Of a DNA stretch of 64,000 bases, positions 56,027-64,000 are shown one piece after another. The translations under genes were made by a program, and so were the position numbers. The DNA comes from Priapulus caudatus (taxonomy: Eukaryota): positions 482,303-546,302 of the forward strand of contig NW_014577087.1 of NCBI RefSeq assembly GCF_000485595.1. Reading direction: 5' to 3'. The notes under the pieces are model-generated. The model was not told the DNA's origin. It saw only the letters and a program-made list of their open reading frames with translations, and ran no database searches. Each line of letters opens with the position of its first letter. Position 1 is the first letter of the stretch.

Positions 56027-58053
56027 ATATATATATACATTTGCAATTTGGAATGAGGAGATTTGACATGCGATGGTAAAGACGTGCCTTGCATGTTACT
56101 GTAGGATACAACAGTAGATGACTCCGGGTACTACAAGTGCGTAGCCAAGAATGGACGCGATCACGTGGAGACAGGAGCACACGTGTTGATCCATGAAACG
56201 TCCGGTACGACACACTCACGTCTACATATTCTTCTCTCTTTTGACTTTTGATTCCAAACATTTGGACATTAGATCCCATGGGGCAAACCTAACGTAAGAC
56301 CTCCGCAACTGCGTTGGCTCTGCTTCCGTAACATGATTTGCCTAGCGGAGCTGCTCGCTGTTGTGTGGGCGAGATTGTCATCATCACGCTCATATCTGAT
56401 CATATGTCTTATCACGCTAATTATCTGTACAATTAGTGCTAACTATTTCGACACTCACAGCCCACATTCAAAATGAAAAGTTAGCTGTACTTTACGCTAT
56501 TATTAACGTCGTCAAGTTTCTAGCCGTTAGTAAGTTGGTAGTTAGTAAGTTGGTAGTTAGTAAGTTGGTAGTTAGTAAGTTGGTAGTTCGTAAGTTGGTA
56601 GTTAGTAAGTTGGTAGTTAGTAAGTTGGTAGTTAGTAAGTTGGTAGTCAGTAAGTTAGTAAGTAGCAAGATAGCCTTTTCTTTCCTTCGTCTAACCTTAT
56701 TCACTTTGCCACTACGTTTAGAAGAGAGCGTAAAACCATGGGTGTGCACGAAGACGTGAACGGGTCTGAAATAAGTTATCCTTGATTGTAAGAGTCCGTA
56801 TGACCATCTACGCAAATATTTACTGAACCGTATTATCCATCTGCCTTCGTCTCTGGAATGATTTTCAGCGGAAGTCCTTCCGGCGGATTTCTTCCACGAT
56901 GACAACAAGGATGGATCCAGGCAACAGCAACTTCTAATCCCGGAACCTGTAGAGGGCGATACCTACCGGGAACGGCCGAGGACAGCGACTGGGAGCGGAA
57001 CGGACAGCGAGCAGACGGCAGCCGAGGGGCACCTGTATGAAATCTACAACCTGTGCGTGACATACCGCGGCTCGGTGTGTACGGACCAGCTCGGCAACCA
57101 GAGCGTGTACCCGGGCGACGACACGATGCCGGACATCGAGCGCGGCCTCGTCGAGAATCTCTACCATATCATAGCGCTGCTCAGCGACGCGATGGACTCC
57201 ACCTGCTCGCGCTACCTGCACCCTGCCATCTGCCACTACACGCTGCCGACGTGCGCCGGCTCTGCTGGTCACATCGCGCAGAAGAATCTCTGCAGAGAGG
57301 ACTGCGAGCGACTGAAGGGAGGCGTCTGCGCGCGCGTCTACGAGACTGTCGCCGCGTCGTCCGACCAGTTCCAGCGCCGCATATCGCTGCCGAAATGTCA
57401 GTACCTGCCGCTGCAGACAGATGGCGCTGACTGCGTTAACGTGTTCCCGCAGGAGGAACTTTACAGAGGTGAGCGTCAAAGACACGCGCTTTTTTACGAT
57501 GTGTTGCGCGAATTTACATCCGCTATTTATTCCGCTAATGGTGCCAGTTAGGCTTTCCCTCTTTACTGATACAAAACACTTACACGGCCTGAATAAATGG
57601 GCAGGCCTCCAGTTGTTGCCTTGCCAATGCGTGTGAGATATGACACGAATATGATTGGCCATTGTACTCAAGTCAACCGTGGTTAAACGGGGCCATAAGT
57701 CAACCGCGACAAAATTCTAGCCCTTTTATACAATCAGAAGCCTCGTTACACATAATTTAACGCCGGATAAATTATTTTTACCGCGATTAATACACATATA
57801 CCCACCTAGATAACTTTCTTTCCCCCATCTCTCCTCCTCTTCTCTCGCATTCTCATTAGCTGCCCCTCTCTTCCTCTTTCTTTCTTTATCTCCTTTCTAT
57901 TTTTCTCTCTATCTTTCTCACACCGTCTCGCCCCTCTAGCTCTCGGTGTCTCTCTATCCCATCGTTTCCTTCCTCACCGCCTTGCTCATGTTATCGAGAA
58001 TGAGAGACAGGGGACAGAGAGGAGGGTAGGCAGAGGGCAACGCGAGAGACAAA

Positions 58054-58100
<47 letters not shown>

Positions 58101-61100
58101 GGAAAGGAAGGATGGAAAGCACGAAGGAAGGAAGGAAGGGAGTGAGTGGACACACACGCCGGCACGCACATATGGTTGGGTTAGAAGTAGTTTATTTTAC
58201 CGCAGTTGAACTAATTTAACCGCGGTAATATTATTGGCCTTTTACCCACTCAGGGGCATTGTTACACATAATTCAACCGCGGATAAATGATTTCTATCGC
58301 GATTGAATTATTTCTACCGCCGTGGATTTATTTCTACCGCCGTTGATTTATTTCTACCTCGGTTGAATGATTTCTACCGCGGTTGAATTATTTCTGCATA
58401 GCATTTATACTGCATATAGCATGCACGCGTATTATAGGCACATATAATACGCGGTAAAGATAATTCAACCACGGTTCTATTATGTGTATCAATGCCTCTA
58501 ATACACATAATGAGGCGAAGAAAATAATTTTTATGAGTACAACGGCCAACCATACACGAATGTATGATTTAACGATAACGCAATGCGTCGACACTATATT
58601 TGCAGATAGGTTATGCAAGTACAAGGACATGCTTATTCCGCACGGCACAACGGTGGCGATAGGGAACGTGGAGCAAGGCTTCTGTGAATCTTGCTCCTGT
58701 TACGTAAGCCACATAAACACAATCGCAACCATCTCACCGTAAAAGGCTAAATGTAGAAGAATATACATGGAAGAGATCTTCTGGAAGATACCAAATTGGC
58801 TATTGCGAGATTATTCGTTGATTACTTCGTTAATTATTTTTCGCGCTTATACAGAAAGGCGTAAATATTTGTGTGCGACTGACTTCCTGAAAATTCCCTC
58901 ACGTGTATATCGATATTTTACCATTGCGACACCAGAGGGCGTATATCGTCTTATACGAACAATTAAATCTAAATTCATAGAATTTCATACGATTCGTTTG
59001 AAATCGTCATTGGAAGCAATTTTTAAAATGGCATGGCATGAATATATATTTCTTTATTTATATTTCTCTGTCTTTCTTTCTTTCTTTATTTATTTAGGCC
59101 ACTCAGGTTAGATGCAAGATTGACACCTGCCCAGGAGATTGTCTGTATGAAGGAGAAGTGTACACGGATGGTCAAACATTTAAACACGCAGACGGACCTT
59201 GCGTGGGCTGCACTTGTCTGGTATCTAACAGCTGTGTATATAAATTACATACAAAATAAAATGTCGTAGATTTCCCCGAACGGGCCCTACCCATTGTTAC
59301 CTTCGTTACACACATTATTTCATTGTTATTCCCAATAATTGTTAAAAAAGTAATATTAAAAATAATATTGTAACTATGCAGTTAACTAGAGAGCACATAT
59401 CCACTAATAGTGGGATATGAAAAACATCTCTACGAATTTCTCACTTGTTCAATATTTTCTCACTTGTTCAATATTATTATTAATTACAAGGTGCATGACC
59501 TTCCTGAATTTGTCTACACTGTAACATAGGAAAATACCTGTGTTTGTAATGCCCATGCTGTGTTTGTAATGCACTGTATGCTAAATGAAACATTCAAAGT
59601 ACAGAGCACATACTCACCTGTACTTTAACATTCAAAATTACTATCCCAACCTCTCCTATATGACGCTCAGTGTATCATTGCCACAATATTCATATAATGT
59701 CGTACATGCTAGTTTGCTACCTCTGGCAAATGTCTCAAGTTACGGTTTGAGATCTGCGGGGGTGGGGGACTGTCAGGAACATGAAAAATAGCTATGAAAT
59801 CATAGTCTAAAATAAGATTTTTTTTAAAGAGATAGACTTTAAAATGTCATAACTTTTTCAAAATGATTTGTGCATGTGAAAAAAGAAATTATATGTTAGA
59901 CGTTTTTTTGTGACGAATTATATCGGATGCAGACACTGTGCGCGTTCTTCTTGCAGAATGGCACGGTGTCGTGTGAGCGAGAGGTATGTAGAGAGACGTG
60001 CACTCACGGAACGAGATCCGCGGCTCAGTGCTGCAGCGAATGCTTGGTATGCGACTACAATGGCGAGATTCACCGAGAGGGCGCCACCTTCAAGCCAGCC
60101 GTCGCCAATTCGTGCGACATCTGTTCGTGTCAGGTATGAGAGAATGATTTCGAGAGCGGCGGCACCGCTATCGCTACGATAAGTATGAGTCAGTTGGAGC
60201 AGGTGTGAGAAGAAGGTATACGCATGAGCTGTCTGCATCCGTAACCCCCGTCGATTCTCTGCGCGGACGAGACCATCACAACACCAACAGTTAAGCTCGC
60301 TTCTGATAATATGCTAACCCTTATGCCAAACGCCTCCCATATATATTGCATGGGCAATAAAGCTCAAATCTCGATGCGCATATGCAATGCGACATGCACG
60401 CCATGCTAGGCACGCCCATACCCATGCGTATTAAGAGGTTTACCATGGGAGGGTGTGGAGGGGGGGGGTGTCTATCATGCTACAGAGACCGTGTCAATGC
60501 TCTCTGGCATACGATATGCACTGTATATGCAGGCTGATGTAATCACGGGCAGGGCAGGTATGCATGCTGATACGACTTATATTTAGACGTACAAAAATGT
60601 TACTTTCCGAGAGAAGCAAAGAAGCCCATGTATCCGCAAACGCACCCGGTTCACGATACCCCAAGTAGGCATCGCATATGCGTGGATGTATTCATCTGGC
60701 AGCATGCGATTAATGACTCATTGACTTAATACCATATTGTGATTTTGTAGGGAGGATCCGTCGTATGTGATGCAATGCCATGCCCATCGGCTACGTGCAC
60801 CCACACTCAGCGCACCGAGAACACGTGCTGCCCCCAGTGCCAGTATTGTAACCACAGTGGCACACTCTACCGGCACGGTGAAACTTGGATTTCGGAAGAG
60901 GAACGCGGCCTGTGCGTGTGCAATGTATGTAAACAGCACGTTGCCTTCGTCTAATTCAATAGGAAATGGGTAGACGTACGTGCCTGATGTTGTTGCGATG
61001 GTGGTCAGTTATCATTTCAAAACGATGCGAATCCTTTTCAATATCGCACGTGAGCTTAGATAAATAGTCTAATAATGATATTTTCGTAAGAAAACGTAGA

Positions 61101-62324
61101 TTTTATCTATATAGTTATTGTAAATCTCAGATGATGTGAGCCAGAAATCAATGCTCGACAATTCACGTTGTATGTTTGTTAAAAAAATTAGGATACAGAA
61201 GTTGTTTGCCACGAGGTGCGCTGCCCCACGCCCTGCCTGGATCCGCTGGTGGCGGAGAGCTGCCAAGCATGCAAGGGCTGCAGCCTCGATGGCGTCATGT
61301 ACCTAGAGGGCGCTACGTTCAGGCTTAGCTTAGACAGCTGTGCCCAGTGTACTTGCCAGGTAAAGTAACCGAGGCCCTGACATAATTATGCACGCATGAC
61401 AGTATTCCAATCAAATCAAATTATATTATGTAACATTTTATATCGTTATATTACGTTTTTAAATTTATTTATTATTAATAATGATTTATTATTATAATTA
61501 TATTAATGTCTTTATTTACATATTATATTTCATTGTGTTATGATAAAATTATTATGTATGTTGTTATACATGTTATATCTTATACTACAGAAGAAGAGCT
61601 TTCCTTTCTAAATGTGTTATAGACTAAGAAAGTTGCGGCTTAACTTTTACAGGGTGGTTATCTACACTGCGGTCCGATCCACTGTCCGGGGCTCGCGTGT
61701 GCGCCTGAGATGAGAATTATTCCAGAAGGTTCCTGCTGCCCTGTCTGCATCAGCTCAGTAAACACAACAGTTACCACGGGTTGCCACATCGATGACTTGT
61801 GGTACGGCAACGGCACTCAGTTCAAGTTGGGATCGTGTACGACGTGCACATGTGAGGTTGGTATACTATTATATACACGCATAAACACGTGAATAGTGGC
61901 AGCTACACGCGTTATTATATTTAAAACTAAACATCACACGCGCAGTCTCAATAGGGGGAATTAAGTACTTTGTGATTTCTAATACGGCGAAATGAATATG
62001 AAATCAATTAATTCGAATATAGATGAAATTAACTCAAAACAGCGTGATCTAGATGGTCGGCAGTAGAACGTTGGACGTTCACGATGTTTTTGCGTGTTTG
62101 TAGAATGGAGACATGTCATGTGCAACGGTGCAATGCCCGTCCCTGGATTGTCCCTCGGAAAGGCAGGTGTTGTGGCACGACAGGTGCTGCACGGAATGTC
62201 TGAGTGAGTACACGCATGCATGCACGCACCCACGCACGCACGCACGCACGCATACATGCACGCATTATCGTACGCACGTACGCACGCACGCACGCTCGTA
62301 CGCACGTACGCACGCACGCACGTA

Positions 62325-62356
<32 letters not shown>

Positions 62357-63313
62357 CGTACGTACGCAGGCACGCACGCACGCACGTACACACGCATGCA
62401 CGCACGCACGCTCATACGCACGTACGCACGCACGCATGCACGTACGCACGCGCGTACGCACATACGTACACACGCATGCACGCACGCACGCTCGTACGCA
62501 CGTACGCACGCACGTACGCACGTACGTACACACGCATGCACGCACGCACGCTCGTACGCACGTACGTAGGCATGTACGCACGTACGTACATACGTACACA
62601 CGCATGCACGCACGCACGCTCGTACGCTAGCACGTACGCACGCACGCACGTACGCACGTACGCACGCACGTACGCACGCACGTACGTGCACACGCATGCA
62701 CACACGCACGCTCGTACGCACGTACGTACGCCTGTACGCACGCACGTACGCACGTATACGTACACACGCATGCACGCACGCACGCTCGTACGCACGTACG
62801 CACGTACGCACGTACGAACGCACGCACGCACGCACGCACGCACGTACGTTATATGATCACGTTTATATTGTAAAACACGTTTATATTATAAAATCAAGTA
62901 GAAACGGGAAAAAAACAAGAGCACGTTTGCGTGTGTGCTGTGAAGCGGACGTCCGCGTGATTATCACGTCGCAATCTGATTCAATCTTCGCAAATGTAAA
63001 ATATAGATGAACACGCTCCCGCGATAACCACACATGCCGCTTCCGTATATATCTGTGAAATCTAGATCTAGGCGTATCTATAGCATAGTATAGCTTACGT
63101 ATTTCTTATGGCGGCATATCCTCTTATGGAACCGGATGTTACGTAATGCACGTTGCATTTATTTTAGATACTAGCTGCGTTCATGATGGAAACATATACG
63201 AGAGTGGGGAGAGCTTCGTTTCAGCCGGAGATCCCTGCACACGATGTAACTGTGACGGTGGAAATGTCTCCTGTGCGTCAATCACGTGCCCGAATATCAG
63301 AACATGCCCTCAG
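36517..63313 (+). CDS. Large secreted VWCE/kielin-chordin-like mosaic protein (SP - FUN/EGF - cbEGF array - FN3 - acidic linker - VWC x3 - Ig - Frizzled CRD - VWC x>=7); 3' end beyond window
   Basis: Hand-spliced exons: 36517-36617, 39942-40027, 40419-40549, 40968-41079, 41707-41829, 43617-43754, 44522-44638, 44916-45041, 46440-46568, 46937(or 46979)-47077, 47727-47896, 48396-48564, 48706-48801, 50270-50384, 50704-51797, 53196-53278, 53577-53777, 54068-54247, 54449-54539, 55083-55273, 56105-56204, 56869-57468, 58606-58703, 59098-59220, 59957-60133, 60751-60924, 61192-61359, 61653-61856, 62104-62203, 63168-63313. Every junction is GT-AG with compatible phase and there are no in-frame stops. 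The N-terminal GPHVC...CCPGW...C..PIC...[12 protein letters not shown] resembles vertebrate VWCE and the fibrillin N-terminus. Orthology is untested, so no symbol is given. Confidence 0.88.
39942..41079 (+). CDS. Exons 2-4: fibrillin-unique-N-terminal (FUN)/VWCE-type module, EGF and a partial EGF loop
   Basis: [57 protein letters not shown], followed by ...[17 protein letters not shown]. Confidence 0.85.
41485..41595 (-). mobile_element. 5'-truncated 3' end of an R4/Dong-type (RLE) non-LTR retrotransposon inserted in (TAA)n
   Basis: Minus strand 41595-41548 encodes [19 protein letters not shown], a typical C-terminus of these elements. A short 3'UTR follows with the stem TGTCCCA-NNN-TGGGACA. 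(TAT)n lies on both sides. Confidence 0.7.
41707..48801 (+). CDS. Exons 5-13: array of about 7 calcium-binding EGF and 3 short non-calcium EGF domains
   Basis: Mostly phase 1-1 exons beginning DIIEC, DINEC, DENEC, DDDEC, DIDEC or DYDEC with CxNxxGSY/FxCxC consensus. Short EGFs: [32 protein letters not shown]. Confidence 0.92.
45283..46090 (+). mobile_element. Non-autonomous PIF/Harbinger-like DNA transposon carrying a decayed Myb/SANT-like ORF
   Basis: Long imperfect TIRs (AGCCTCGTTCACACGGAGCAAT.../...ATTGCTCCGTGTGAACACGCCT) flanked by TAT on both sides. Internal 45667-45939 reads [43 protein letters not shown]...[20 protein letters not shown]. Confidence 0.8.
47900..48150. repeat. Degenerate ~21-bp minisatellite
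   Basis: CATGAACTAACATGTGAACAC-like units. Confidence 0.7.
48964..49058 (-). mobile_element. Second copy of the same retroelement 3' end, running into an assembly gap
   Basis: (TAT)n followed by ~70 bp identical to 41485-41555, then Ns from 49059. Confidence 0.7.
49059..49694. other. Assembly gap inside the mosaic gene (other gaps: 2289-2435, 8022-8656, 10765-11237, 14779-14788, 21076-21100)
   Basis: N runs. This gap lies in a phase-1 intron and could hide an additional symmetric exon. Confidence 0.99.
50270..51797 (+). CDS. Exons 14-15: fibronectin type III domain plus a ~300-aa low-complexity acidic linker
   Basis: [21 protein letters not shown]...YFTLWFRP...[28 protein letters not shown] matches the FN3 consensus (W; Y-x-L-x-x-L-x-P-x-T-x-Y; A-x-N-x-x-G). 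The rest of the 1094-nt exon is open and includes an Asp run. Confidence 0.88.
53196..54539 (+). CDS. Exons 16-19: three von Willebrand factor type C (chordin-like CR) domains
   Basis: CxxCxC ... CCPxC motifs: [40 protein letters not shown]. Confidence 0.92.
54831..55071. repeat. 19-bp minisatellite just upstream of the Ig exon
   Basis: Unit TCACGGTGACATTGACCCG, about 9 clear units plus degenerate copies reaching the splice acceptor at 55082. Confidence 0.88.
55083..56204 (+). CDS. Exons 20-21: I-set immunoglobulin domain (ROR-like)
   Basis: [24 protein letters not shown]...[23 protein letters not shown]. Canonical B-strand Cys, C-strand Trp and DxGxYxC motif; phase-0 junction 55273/56105. 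Confidence 0.92.
56526..56665. repeat. 15-bp minisatellite between the Ig and CRD exons
   Basis: Unit GTTAGTAAGTTGGTA, about 9 copies. Confidence 0.92.
56869..57468 (+). CDS. Exon 22: Frizzled-type cysteine-rich domain of the ROR/MuSK subtype
   Basis: Ten Cys: [20 protein letters not shown]...[19 protein letters not shown]...[16 protein letters not shown]...[11 protein letters not shown]...ADCVNV. 600-nt exon, phase 1-1, open throughout. Confidence 0.92.
58285..58396. repeat. ~20-bp minisatellite
   Basis: ATTTCTACCGCGGTTGAATT-like units, about 5 copies. Confidence 0.75.
58606..63313 (+). CDS. Exons 23-30: at least seven further VWC units (one truncated, last one incomplete at the window end)
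   Basis: [77 protein letters not shown]. Confidence 0.9.
62210..62847. repeat. Compound (GCAC)/(GTAC) microsatellite with higher-order units
   Basis: Recurrent CACGCATGCACGCACGCACGCTCGTACGCACGTACG blocks. Confidence 0.92.
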
Positions 63314-64000
63314 GTATGATGTGTGCGTGTGCGTGTGCGTGTGCGTGTGCGTGTGCGTGTGCGTGTGCGTGTGCGTGTGCGTGTGCGTGTGAGTGTGAGT
63401 GTGCGTGTGCGCGTGCATGTGTGTGTATGTGTGTACATGTGCGTGTGCGCGTGTGTGTACGTGCGTGTGCATGCGTACGTGCGTGCGTGCGTGTGCGTGT
63501 GCGTGTGCGTGTGCGTGTGCGTGTGCGTGTGCGTGTGCGTGTGCGTGTACGCGCGCGTACTAGTTTATGCCGGTGAGCGCCGAATCTGAGCGCTTTGTCA
63601 GAAGTCAAATGTAAAGCACAGCTATCACATGAGATACTGTACATGTGATGGTGGTATGGTGCAAACCCTAGTGTAGACGAACATCGCGCTAAACATACTT
63701 ACAGATGAAAAGTAAGGCAAAGGAGTATTTCCTTACATGCAATATGTAAACGTGCATGACTAATTCAACGGTCCATGCCATTATTATTGATTCTAGAACG
63801 TTACGTTAGAGTATAACATAGACGTTTACTACCGTACGCAGCATAATATATGCAGAACCCACGTAGACACGTTCTATGTACATCACTATTCGATACATGG
63901 GTAGGCTTTCTATGTTGAACGTTGGCATACCTCAACACAGACGTATATCTTAGTACACCTAAGCACAAAGGACTCATGTACGTAATCTCGCATTCGACCT

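Noticed and set aside
55083..57468. Calling this region a ROR receptor tyrosine kinase gene
   Set aside because: It has no own signal peptide, kringle, TM or kinase, and the exons are phase-linked to VWC exons on both sides.
56934..57671. 245-aa antisense ORF over the CRD exon (likewise 50924-51256)
   Set aside because: Shadow frames of GC-rich coding exons.

Overview
Eukaryotic (invertebrate-metazoan-like) draft-assembly DNA with six N gaps, abundant microsatellites and several small transposon remnants. Two spliced genes lie head-to-head. (1) A complete 8-exon PEX19 on the minus strand (27782-33993, 318 aa, ending in the CaaX box CSVM). (2) A very large secreted, cysteine-rich mosaic gene on the plus strand (36517 to beyond the window end; 30 exons and about 1,830 codons traced by hand through GT-AG junctions with matching phases). 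Its domain order is signal peptide, fibrillin/VWCE-type N-terminal module, about 11 EGF/cbEGF repeats, FN3, a long acidic linker, 3 VWC, then a ROR/MuSK-type Ig + Frizzled CRD cassette, then at least 7 more VWC units. The stand-out observation is that cassette: it resembles a ROR receptor ectodomain, has no kringle, TM or kinase within the window, and sits as a symmetric phase-1 block inside a chordin/kielin-type VWC array. This suggests a secreted protein combining BMP-binding and Wnt-pathway modules (function is inference). The first ~27 kb carry no recognisable CDS, only repeats, palindromes, MITEs and a possible minus-strand promoter/5' exon. Almost all ORFs in the supplied track are microsatellite artefacts.
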